A DNA stretch of 54,031 nucleotides, counting the filler, from Jimgerdemannia flammicorona (lineage: Eukaryota): the NCBI GenBank assembly GCA_003990765.1. It is 2 parts of 2 records of this genome, joined end to end, with 100 filler letters (N's around TTAATTAATTAA, not from the genome) between each part and the next. Parts side by side here need not be neighbours in the genome. Positions count along the whole stretch, not along the records: positions 1 to 26,974 come from RBNJ01000674.1; positions 27,075 to 54,031 come from RBNJ01000675.1. One strand, given 5' to 3'. The translations under genes and the position numbers were made by a program. Positions 25,013 to 35,832 of this stretch are shown piece by piece. Under the pieces are notes generated by a model. That model had not been told where the DNA came from, ran no database searches, and worked only from the letters and a program-made list of their open reading frames with translations. The stretch's first letter is position 1. Every line of letters starts with the position of its first letter.

Positions 25013-26565
25013 AGATTGTACTACTACTGAGTAGCTATATCTGTAAAATGGGTGATATATAGCTTTTTTTTACTTACAAGCCTACAGTTGTATAGAGATC
25101 TTCAATTCTATAGTACTCATTATTAGTAAGAATATAGTCTGGATTCTATTTATCATTTTATCTATTAGTATGATAATTAGTATCTACTTATTCTATAAAT
25201 ATTGTAACTTAGTCTGGTTTACCTTTAAATAGTATAAGTCAGAGAGACCTTTCATACATTTATTTATTTCAATATTGAGATAAAGGGCTTGAGTAAGTAT
25301 GGTCACTTAGTTGACCAGAGCTACCAACTTTTATCTGCTAATGTTATTCTACTATTTCTATCACTTATATAGTGAGATAGTAGAGGTCTTTCTTTAGATA
25401 CTATTATCTCAGAAGTAATATTATATATAGTTACTTCTTTTATAATATTACTCAGATAGATGACTTTAGTAACTGGTCTGTAGATTGGTAGTTTTGATAG
25501 AGTTATTGCTAGATCTTCTGTAGCAATTCTTAGTAGACTTGATGTTCTTAGTAGTGGGTTTATAACAGTACTAGAGCTACTAGTATTAGATTCAGATATC
25601 TTTTTAACTATTCTCCTAAGTTGAGATAATATAGTAGAGACTCTATTAGTTCTGATAGTTTGTAATTCTTACTATTGAATTATTTTTACTTATATATAAA
25701 GGACTTAGTAATAGAGATAGAATTTCTTTTGATTAGTATATATATATATATCTCTTATAGTTCAGAAAGGTCTTGACTTTATAGTAGTAATTATTAGAGA
25801 GGAAATTAACTTGCAACTTTGATAAATTCTCTTATACATTTCTTATAGAAGTGACTGCTGATTAATATTTTGAATTTCTCTTTAACTTTTTAAGTATAGA
25901 GGACTTTTTGTTATATATATAATAAATGTATTAAATACTTCTTAAATAGTTATATTATTGAGTTTTTCAAATTCTTTCTAGCTGATATAGATTTCTGTCT
26001 ACTTAGTAATGATTCTATTAGCTTCTTTAGCTTAGTTCTAGAGAGTAGCCTGGGTGAAGATATTCTTTAGTTATCACTAATAATATTGATAATGTGTACT
26101 AAGTTATCTGTATTTATAGTAGACTTCTTGAGAGAAGATTGCTCATAAGTAGTAGTAACTTTCTACTACTATTAAGTTGTAATAAAACTATATACTAATA
26201 GAATTAATATATTATAGATAATTAAGATAACTATTAGTCCTAAGTTCTATATTTTATAAGAAAGTACTAAGTTTCAAATATCTATTATGGCAAGTTTCTT
26301 CTATCTATTGTAGAGGTAGAGTTTAAGTATTGCTTTTAAGTTCTTATGCTAACAGAGGTACTATTTTTGTATTTCAAGTTAATTAGGCTCAGAATCATTA
26401 AAAAGTTAGGTCTGAGAGCTCTAGTAACAATACTGCTATATTCTTATATTTGAAGAAAGCAGAGCTAATCTTATAACACACTCAATATAGAGAGTATTTA
26501 TACTGTTTTGGGGCTATAGCTAATGTAGTATACTGGGTATATCTATATATAGTTATATTATATAT
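25013..26565 (-). mobile_element. Degenerate AT-rich retroelement remnant, host of LINE copy 3
   Basis: Contiguous with 17444-19139 once the LINE and one TSD are removed. Same CpG-free, TpA-rich composition. No clear motif read. Confidence 0.45.
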
Positions 26566-26567
26566 AT

Positions 26568-26974
26568 TCGCTCCTTTCTCCGCTACCTTACCGGTCACAA
26601 GGTTTGGTAGGCGACCTTCCGAGTCCCCTTTCCCCTAATATTACCCCCTCTACCTCGGGTTGGTTTGCTGTGCCTGCAGGGGCATGGTGGGAGGAGGGCA
26701 ATGGTGATGAGTTGCCCCTTTATTAGTGTCAGATCGGTGCTTTCTCCACTTTTTCGCGGATTCTGGTGCCTTCAGCTGCGTCTGGGGTGTACTCGTTTTG
26801 GTGCGGCGCCTTCTTCCTTTTGCCGTCGCCAACAAGGTGTTGTCTCAGTGTGTCTCGGGCTACGTAGGGAGTCGGCCGACCTTGGGCATCAAGTGCTCAG
26901 TGTAGGTTACCTGCAGGTCCTCGGTGCCTGTGGTGGGGCCCTCTGGCTTTGGCGAGCTTCCCGGCGAGCGCGGT
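26568..26974 (+). mobile_element. 5' end of a young CpG-rich element sharing the LINE family's 5' tip, truncated by the gap
   Basis: CTTTCTCCGCTAC at 26574-26586 is identical to the 5' tip of copy 1 (reverse complement of 6305-6317). Abrupt switch from AT-rich to GC- and CpG-rich sequence. Confidence 0.5.
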
Positions 26975-27074
26975 NNNNNNNNNNNNNNNNNNNNNNNNNN
27001 NNNNNNNNNNNNNNNNNNTTAATTAATTAANNNNNNNNNNNNNNNNNNNNNNNNNNNNNNNNNNNNNNNNNNNN
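26975..27074. other. Artificial 100-nt contig linker (44 N + TTAATTAATTAA + 44 N)
   Basis: TTAATTAATTAA puts stops in all six frames and is centred in a symmetric N run. Confidence 0.95.
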
Positions 27075-27104
<30 letters not shown>

Positions 27105-27107
<3 letters not shown>

Positions 27108-29107
27108 ACTTATTTATTAGGAATCATACAGCTTGGGTGTTTCATATGATTGAGGAGATAATAGCTAGTGAGTTAGATAGGAGGTGGTCTTTGTAGATCT
27201 GAAAAAGGCCTATAATTATATTTGATATATTTAATTAAAGAAGATACTAGACAAAATTAGTATTTTTCAGTAATTTTAATTTTGTTAATTAGTCTACTAG
27301 AGGGGAGTTGGATAGTACTTATATATAATAATTATTATAGTATTATATTTCTATTATAAAGAGGTATTTCTCAGAAAGATCTATTGTCTTCTATTTTGTT
27401 ACTAAAGTAGATAGAATTTTTTACAAATATTAGGGCTCTCAGTTTTTAGAATAGTGTGGAAGGTTGGGGCTTCTGTAGATAATATGTATAGTAACTAGAC
27501 TTGGCTCAGTTACTAATGTTGAGAAGTTGAGAGCAATGGTATAATAGTATGAGAAGTATTTAGAAGTAAAGCTTAACTAATATAAGTATAAGATAATAGT
27601 ATTAAGTAATATACTGGTAGATAGAGACATTATTAGAACAATTGTCTCTATAGAGGAGACTATAAAGTATCTGGACATCTATCTATCAGTATATAAGTCT
27701 GTCTTATCTAGAGTTTGGTGAGAGAAAAAGTTAACTAATTGAGTGGTAAACCTTTAAAGCTAAAGAAGGTATTATATCTCTCTAATAGGATAGGTATCAA
27801 TACTGAATATTTACTGATTACCAAAGCTATAGTATCTAGCTCATTACTTAGACTTTCTGGCCTGAGTAGTAAAGCAATTATTGAGATTGTCTAAGGACTA
27901 AATCTGGGCTAGAGAGGGATACTAGATATAATGAGAGATTTTGGCAATACTGGTAAATATGGGAGATCTTAGTCTGGTGGACTTCTTTAAGAGGTTATAT
28001 TATCTGAGGACTTGGTGATTGAAGTAGACTATTAAATTATAGGGTAGTAGATAGGTGCTGCTGATGCAAAAGGTCTAAAAGAGGAGATTTTTCCTCCAAG
28101 GTTCTTTAGATAATCTGCTTCATTAGTTAAACTAAGTGACAGTAAGTGATTGTAGTATAAGAGCTTCTAGTAGAGGGTAGTAGAGAGTATACATCATATT
28201 GAACTATAATAGAGGAGTGCTAAGAAAGAGATAGATTGGGGTCTAGTAATATAATAATGAGATAAATTACTATTAGATAATTCTCTACTAGTGGATTTTG
28301 ATATTAGTATTAAAGTAGAGTGCTAGGATGAAATAGGTCAGGATTTGTGGCCTGGGGGCTGATAGGTGACTGAGATTGGTAAGGAGTGAGATAGGGCAGA
28401 TATTTGATCCTAGAGTACTAAAGTGTGGCAGTAACTTTCTCTAAAGTTCTGAGTAGTATAGTGGTATTTATTGAGGAGAAATATCATGTTGAACTTTAGA
28501 TCAGTTTACTTAATGGATGGTGGACTCTTAAATTATAAAGAGTATTATAATATAGAGTAAGAGAGAGACTTTATTCAGATGTCTGAATACTGGCTGAGTG
28601 AGTACAAGATATTTAGAGACTTCTGAATAGTAGTTGGGAACTATCTTAGAGTAGTGAGAAGAGAGATTAGTATGAGAAATAGATAGAATGAATTAGGAGA
28701 GATTGGTGAGTTATATTGATAATGAGTGGCTTATTATTAAGTGGGTCTTACTAGTATGAATAGTACTAGCTAGTTACTAATCATATATTTATATTTGAGG
28801 AGAGAAGATAGATGGGTTTAGAGGAGTACTTTATAAGATAGAAAGTATTATTTGGGAATGTTATAACCAGCTGATTGGTGGAATAGAACCTATATAGTAA
28901 TTGTTACTAATGCTTGGTGAAGGGAATTTATAAGTAGAGTAGAGGGTAAGTTGAGGTAGTTAATAGTCTAGTGACTTTTAATTAAGAAGAAGTGGGTAGT
29001 AGTCTATCTAGAGAGATTGGTTAGAAGTAAGGTCTCTATATTATATTAAAGTTTGATAGATATGATAATAAATATTGAAGTTCAAGTAATTATAAAAAAA
29101 AAAAAAA
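27105..29107 (+). mobile_element. Heavily mutated 3' portion of the LINE (RT C-half to poly(A)), copy 4
   Basis: Collinear with about 22980-24998 (GGAAGGTTGGGGC, GGTGGACTTC, GAGGAGAAATATCATGTTGAACTT). Ends CAAGTAATTAT plus poly(A) at about 29095-29107. Confidence 0.85.
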
Positions 29108-30173
29108 CCTCTGATTAAAATAGTTTAAAGTAAAAGAAAGCAAAAGAACTAGTAAGTCTGTAGGTAGATACACTTTGAACTTACCTACCCCTACATCCTG
29201 AGAATTCTATAGAGTTAACGAAGATCAAATTTTTAAGATATAGATATCTGATATATTTATATAGTTATATATCTACTGCTTATATTATATAATAATCAAT
29301 ATTACTTATATCAATATTAATAATAATTATAGTATATAAAGTTATATATTATTTATCTATTTATTTTAAGTTAAAATACAATTTATAGATATTCTAACAA
29401 TATTTACATTGATACATTATTAGAGAGTTTTTAATATATGTATTTAAACTTTTAATATTTTATTTTATATTAGTAATATAAGCTTAAATAAATATTTTAA
29501 TAATTTAATAATGATAATGTTTAAATTTTTTTGAATTAAGTAAATGTATTATTATTATTATTTCAAAAAATAATTTGAATTGATACTATAAATAAATTAA
29601 TGATTGAACTTCATATAAGATTATATTTATGAGATCAATAGTCTAATATAGTTCCAAACTTGAAAATATAGTGTAAAGTGTTTGGATATTATAAATACTG
29701 AGTAGTGATATATTGTCTGTATCATATTATTAATAGTTTTCTGATCATATAAGTCTCTTTGCGAATTCTGAAACCAATTAATTGTATGCGTGTTCCACAC
29801 CCTCCATTTCATGTAAATTTTGCGTGGGGTTAACATTATTTCACGGATAAATTATCCTTATTCTCCAGAAAAGGCGTCGTGAAAGATTCGTTGATAATAA
29901 AAGCAGTCATTTGCCTTAATAAGTTGTTTGTTTGGCGACACCTATACCAATGAATTTCCTATGTAAAGCATAGATAAAGGACGTGTCGAGCAGGCTTTTC
30001 GATTCAAGTGTTCTATTTAATTCACGGAAATTTGGCCAAATAATTGAAATGACCATACTTATATTACTAACTAACACTAAATACTAAAATATACTGCGTT
30101 ATTAGTTTGAAAAGCTTCGAGGAAGTTAATGATGGAACTCCATAGCTTTTATTCCAAGACCTAACGGTCAATC

Positions 30174-30183
30174 ATGACGTCAT
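30174..30183. promoter_or_regulatory. Perfect CRE-type palindrome ATGACGTCAT, candidate ATF/CREB bZIP site
   Basis: 10-bp palindrome about 110 bp upstream of the ATG at 30293, with a TATA-like TATAAG near 30228. Function untested. Confidence 0.4.
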
Positions 30184-30292
30184 CGTTCCACAACCTTAAA
30201 TCCTAACACGTGCTATTACTTGTTTTGTATAAGCCACATTTGACGCAGAATTTTTGGTGAAACGTGATTCTCAGACTCTGTCACTTGAAAAA

Positions 30293-33200
30293 ATGCGCGT
30301 TTCATTGTCGAAAGACGCCTCAGGCGAAATCACTGTCAGCGTATCCGGATCCAACGATCTCCAATCGGAACTTTCGATCAGCCATTCCTTCCAGTTTGAC
30401 AGAGTTAAGGATAAAGACAAAATTACAGTCGAAGTCTTCGACAAGGATCGGCACGTAGGCCATTCCCTTGTGAATTATGGCAAGAAGTGAGTAGAGCCAA
30501 ATCATTATGCTAGCGACCCTAACCATACAGTACCTCATTTAACTGGTCCCGTTCCCGTTGTTGGTATTACGACACTTCAGATTGTTTAGAGCACTTTTCC
30601 AAGAGGAGACTCTTTCTTTGAAGCTACTGCAGGAAATACTGCCGCCGAAATCGGACGGCCCAATTCTCCTCGAACTCAAAGACAACAGTGACCTCGACGA
30701 CATCGCTTGGGAATATGCCTGGGCTGGTAATGAATATCTCGTCCGCCAATGCATGTTCGCACGCGTGCATCCGCGAGCGGGGCCTCAACTCGCGGAACTT
30801 CCGCTGCGCATCGTTGTCGTCGCGCCGGACCCTTTGGATTCTGATACGTTGGGCTTGGCGAATCTGCATCTTAGCGAGCAATTTCAGAACTTTATTGATG
30901 AATACTACAAAAACTCTAGAAAGGTCATTTTGGACCGTGTGCTCCCGGCAACCGTCAACAAGATGGATTCCTTGCTTGCGGACATGCAATCCGAGACATC
31001 TACTGTCCTCCATTTTATGGGACACTGTGATAAATCGAGAAACGGTGCCAGGGCGCTCCTCTTTGAACATCGCGACACAGGACTCTCCGAATTTGTCAAC
31101 ACTCCACGCCTCATCAGCGAACCAAGCGAGTTACGCCTCGCGTTCCTATCCGCCTGCAATACTCGTGAGGTTGCCCGAACTTTGGTTCAGCAAGGTGTCC
31201 ACCACACAATCGGTTCCTACTGCAACATTCCGGACGATATTGCCCGTAAATTCGAGGCCCATTTCTACCAATGTCTTGCTCAAGGTCAATCTGTTGAGAA
31301 GGCGATGCTCAGAACACGGCTAGAAATCGCGGACATGGATGATTACCGACAACGCGACCACCTGGTGGGAGCAATGGTAAGAAATACATGTATCATTTTA
31401 AATATGTACACAACTATTCAAGTGAACAAGTTCTTGAACTAATCATTCCATTCTCATTAAAGATTCTTTACTCGACTACTTTTCGCGCATCTGGTGGTCT
31501 CTTCCGGTGCCCCACTGGCATACCGAAAGTTAATCTTCATATTCCACACAACAACCTCGATGTCAAGATACCGGCCACGCCAATATTTTGTGGTCGCAAG
31601 AAGGAGCTTGCTGAATTGAATTTGGCATTGAGGCGGATGGCTACACGATCGCTGCAATCTTGTGATATGAGGACAATTACAGGCATCAGTGGCGAGGGCA
31701 AGGTCTGTAATCTATAAATGATCATCCAATTGATAGACCCACCACAATATGTATCTGATATATTTTGTTACAAATATCAATTAGACTATACTGGGTAGGA
31801 AGGCAGTAGAACAAGTCCAGTATTGCTTCCCCGGTGGAATATTCGCTTGGCAGTTCCGCGACGACACCCCGATATCAACCGCAGATTATCTTTGGGAACT
31901 AGTTAATACGGTTCTCCCTAACGAAGCGAACAAGATATTCCCCAACGGCAAGCCTGCACCAAGTTTTGCAAACAGCTGTGACATCCATACACTTGGATGG
32001 AACATATTTAGGAAGATCGAGGCGAGCTGTTTGTTAATCCTTGATCATGCTGATACCTTGAGGCACGCACGAAACTCGAGCCGTAGTGACGTTAATGCTC
32101 TCTCTTTGTGGATATTACTTCAAGAGGTTTCGTCAAGTCAGACGGTTCCTATAAAATTCCTTGCAACCTCACACGAACCTCTAAGGTGGCCGCGTGAAGA
32201 AGTGATGGTGCTCGACAACTTCCTCTCAGATATTAGCGGCGGTATTGACGTGTTCATTCAAAATCTCGATATAACAACATTTAATCGGATGAACAAAGAG
32301 GTGCAGGAGATAAAGGATGAGGCGAAGAGGATGGAAAAAAACGATGAAAGGGAGATGATAGGAAACACGGACAAGTTGTTGCACGATCTTTTGTTGCGTG
32401 TTGATGGACATCCGCTATGTTTGGAACTCCTTGCACAAGCCGCCAGCAAAAATCCGGACACTTCGTTGAAGACCATTGTTGGAGACTCCTACCAGATATT
32501 ATTCAAAGATAATCATTCGTTGAATAGTCTTGAATCCAGTTTCAGTCCAATGATCAACACGCTTCCAATACGGCAACAGTTGCTATTGTACTCATGCTCA
32601 CTCTTTAACAAACCGGTCGATAGCGGTGATATCATCAAAGTCAGTAAATTTTTTGACTATAAAGCGTCACCCATGGAGAGGCCCGAATACAACAGCCACG
32701 ACAGTATTATCAAGGACGTGATTAAATTGTGTGATCACCGGTTATTGTTCAAAGACGGCGAAAATCGATACAGGTGTCATGTAGCTGTTTCTATGGTCAC
32801 GGTACAGCTTAGCAATGTATTCAAGCTTCAAAAGGACAAGGGGAAATACTGGGCAGAGCTCGGTCTACGTGATATCAGGTTTGGTTTTCGGAGATATTCT
32901 TAGCGTATTTCCAATCTATTCATGGTGGATTAATCTAACTTCTATATTACTCCTTGTTGTGACATCTTTTGTTTCCAATCTTCCCTTACCATCACACAGG
33001 GACTTCCCCTATTTGTTAGGTGAAGATATTCAACTCGAGATCATCGACACTCCTACCATTTTCGAGACCGGGACTAGACGAGAAATCTCTCACGCCGACC
33101 TGCCAATTGTGTCCGAGGCCTTGTCCATTACTTTGCGATTTAAACTTCTTAGCCATTCTCGTGAATATGGACGTATTTTCCAGAAAGGTTGATTATTATT

Positions 33201-33609
33201 ATTATTATGATTTCAATGAAATTTATTTCATATCTTTTTTAATACCATAACGTTACTCAACTCATATAACTAAACACTAACTTACACACAACAGGTATCG
33301 ACGGTACCAATGTACGAACGCCTACCCTCTTTTTGGCTCCTAACACCTCGCAGCTGCATCCATGTTTCTCAACGACAAAGGATTGGAACGTGCATCTTTT
33401 CGTTGGTGACTCCTTGGTTCTGGGCCGCACCTACCACTTTACGTACGCGCTTTCGGCTACTGAGGGTCGGCTAGATGTCTACATTAATGGTGTCTTGGCC
33501 GGATTCAAGTGTGTTACGGACATCGTAACGGAGCAGATTGTGTTCAACAATGAACCACTCCGCATGGGGAACTTTGAGAGTTATGCTTCCGCGAAATGCG
33601 AAATCGTGT

Positions 33610-33645
<36 letters not shown>

Positions 33646-35326
33646 GGGATTGGAAAAGGAGAATATCTTCGTTATAGTGAACACTTTACAATTTCTACGT
33701 TTTTAATATGGCTTCATGAATTGCTCGTCTTTATTTCCTATCACCACAACCTAGCGATTTCACCTATTACAACTGGAAACTGTCAAAGGAGGAGATAGAG
33801 GATAATTTTCAGCAGAGACAAACTCTTCAAATCATTAACAACCCAATCTCCTTCCAAGCCGGAACAGGACGCGACGTATCTCACACCGATCTGCCTATTG
33901 TGTCAGATGCATTGTCTATTACTTTGCGGTTTAAACTTCAAAGCCGCTCCAACAAACTGACACGGATTTTCCAAAAAGGTTTGTTTATTATGAATTCCGT
34001 TTCACACATTTTAATACAAAAATATTGCTCACCTCATCGATTAATAACTGAAATGCCGATACACATATAGGAATCAACGGCATCAATACACAAACACCTG
34101 CGCTCTTCTTGGAACCTCTTAACATGCGACTATATCTGTATTTCTCGACGACGACGGACGAGAACGTCTACGTTGGTGGTCCCTTGGTCATAGGCCGCAC
34201 CTACCACTTTACATATACGCTTTCAGCTTTTGAGCGTCGACTGGACGTTTATATCGATGGTGTCTTAGCAGGATTTAAGCACTTAGAAGGTGTAGTTGCC
34301 GACCAGCTCGTCTTTAACAAGGAGCCGCTCTTCATTGGGAGCGACGACAGTTTGCCGTCCGCTCTAGCCGAAATCAGGTGGCTGTTTTTTATTTTGTTGG
34401 ACAATATGTTCCATGCTTCAATTGGTCCTATATGTCACCTAAATTGAACGTTATTGTTTCCTGTTCCCATTAGCGATTTCACCTATTACAACTGGAAGCT
34501 GTCGGTAGAGGAAGTCCAGCAGTCTTTCGGTCGGAGAAAATCCCTTCAAATCGTAACCACCCCAACCCTTCTCCTTAAGGCTGCCACGAAAGGACCAGTT
34601 GTCCCTCACACAACCCTGCCAATTGTGTCAGAGGAGCTGTCCATCACATTGTTGTTTAAACTTAGTTGTCATTCCGATAACTGGGGACGAATTTTCCAAA
34701 AAGGTCAGTGTAATGCCCTTGCTTATAATTTTGCAGAATTTTGAGATTTCCATATCCATACAAACGCTTATTATCTCATTGATGATTATATACGTAATAT
34801 GCAAATTTAACAAATACTAAATACTCAAACAAACACACAAAAGGCAGCGACAGAAACAACACACGAACTCCTGCGCTCTTCTTGGAACCTCAAAGATCGC
34901 GGCTACATACCTGTTTCTCCACAACGACAGACTGGAACGTGAATGACTTCATTGGCGATCCATTAGTTGTGGGCCGCACTTACCATTTGGCATACACACT
35001 TTCGAGATCAGAGCGTCGGATGGATATTTACATCAATGGCATTTCAGCCGGATTCAAGACCGTCAGTGATGTCTACTCACACATCTTATTCAACGATGAA
35101 CCGTTCTTTATTGGGAGCGACGAGTATCATCCTTCTGCTATTTGTGAAATTAGGTATGACTGTATCTATTAGCCTAATGAATGTGCTTGCAATTTAATTA
35201 GTCTCTACTAATTTCTCGATATTTATTTCAATCGCGAATCCCTCCAACCTCAGAAACCTCCAATTTCATAACTGGAAATTGTCTGCAGAGGAGGTGACTC
35301 AAGACTATAAAGATCAGAATTACTAA
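30293..35326 (+). CDS. NLR-like protein: CHAT protease + NB-ARC-like STAND NTPase/winged helix + 3 concanavalin A/LamG-like domains; 11 exons, 1322 aa
   Basis: Exons 30293-30486, 30581-31376, 31463-31702, 31785-32878, 33000-33187, 33295-33607, 33755-33978, 34071-34377, 34474-34703, 34844-35153, 35254-35326 sum to 3969 nt; all introns GT-AG with consistent phases. CHAT motifs VLHFMGH and LAFLSACNT. STAND motifs FCGRKKEL, GISGEGKT (split by intron 3), LLILDHAD, FLATSHEPL, VDGHPLCLELLA, RYRCH. Repeat motifs LSITLRFKL, RIFQKG, TYHFTY, LDVYINGV, YYNWKLS. Confidence 0.92.
33020..35310 (+). repeat. Three tandem genomic units of about 770 bp, each encoding one ConA/LamG-like domain with two introns at identical positions
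   Basis: Each unit has a phase-1 intron after FQK-G (33188, 33979, 34704) and a phase-2 intron after EI (33608, 34378, 35154). Confidence 0.9.
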
Positions 35327-35626
35327 AACTTCTTTAGAATCTATTGTATACAACTTATAGTTGTGATTTATTCAATAAATTTTATATTCATTATAATTAT
35401 CAATAGTTGATTTTATATATTCAATTTATAAAATTAACTTATATTTCCAAATATTCAAATCAGTAATTAATTGAATATATATATATATTTAATAATATAT
35501 AAAAAATTTAATTATATATTAAATATTATATATTTTATTAAAATTTCAAATTAAGGTTATTTATTAACTATATTAAAAAATATCATTTATTAGATTAGTT
35601 TGAAATATTATTTTCAGATTATCTAA

Positions 35627-35693
35627 AAACCCTAACCCTTACCCTATATTTAAACCTAACCCTTGTCTATATAACCCTAACCTTTAACCTAAT
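35627..35693 (+). repeat. Degenerate telomere-like (TAACCC-type) cluster
   Basis: AACCCTAACCCTTACCCTA...AACCTAACCCT...TAACCCTAACCTTTAACCTAA within otherwise very AT-rich DNA. Confidence 0.55.
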
Positions 35694-35832
35694 TTAATAT
35701 TAAATTTTATTTTAATTAGTTTTATAATATTAAAACTACTATTAAATAAAATAATATGTATATATATTAAAATATTAATATATAATAAATATAATACTTT
35801 TAATATTATTATAATATAAAAATAATAGATAA

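Noticed and set aside
27019..27030. TTAATTAATTAA palindrome and the ORF 26665..27030 running through Ns
   Set aside because: Assembly linker artefact.
26568..27104. 5' tip before the gap and poly(A) after it as the two ends of one element
   Set aside because: The gap is an artificial linker so adjacency is unproven, and I found no TSD shared by the two flanks.
29627..29836. Small minus-strand ORF upstream of the NLR-like gene as a partner (gasdermin or amyloid motif protein)
   Set aside because: 69 aa from a non-ATG start, running into AT-eroded DNA, with no recognisable motif.
33613..33643. Poly-T run as a retro-insertion in the gene
   Set aside because: Intronic homopolymer with no flanking duplication; does not affect the frame.
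30254..35197. Separate small genes for each ORF-track entry, and antisense ORFs such as 30624..31070
   Set aside because: Plus-strand pieces join into one frame through canonical introns; alternate-frame and antisense ORFs have no motifs.
30293..35326. Bacterial contamination as the source of the CHAT-STAND gene
   Set aside because: Ten spliceosomal GT-AG introns, several with CTAAC/CTAAT-like branch sites, and continuity with fungal-type transposons show it is nuclear eukaryotic.
29108..35830. NLR-like gene as cargo of a DNA transposon or Helitron
   Set aside because: No terminal inverted repeats, TSD or convincing Helitron termini found in the AT-rich flanks; only a weak 7-bp stem near 29160-29188.
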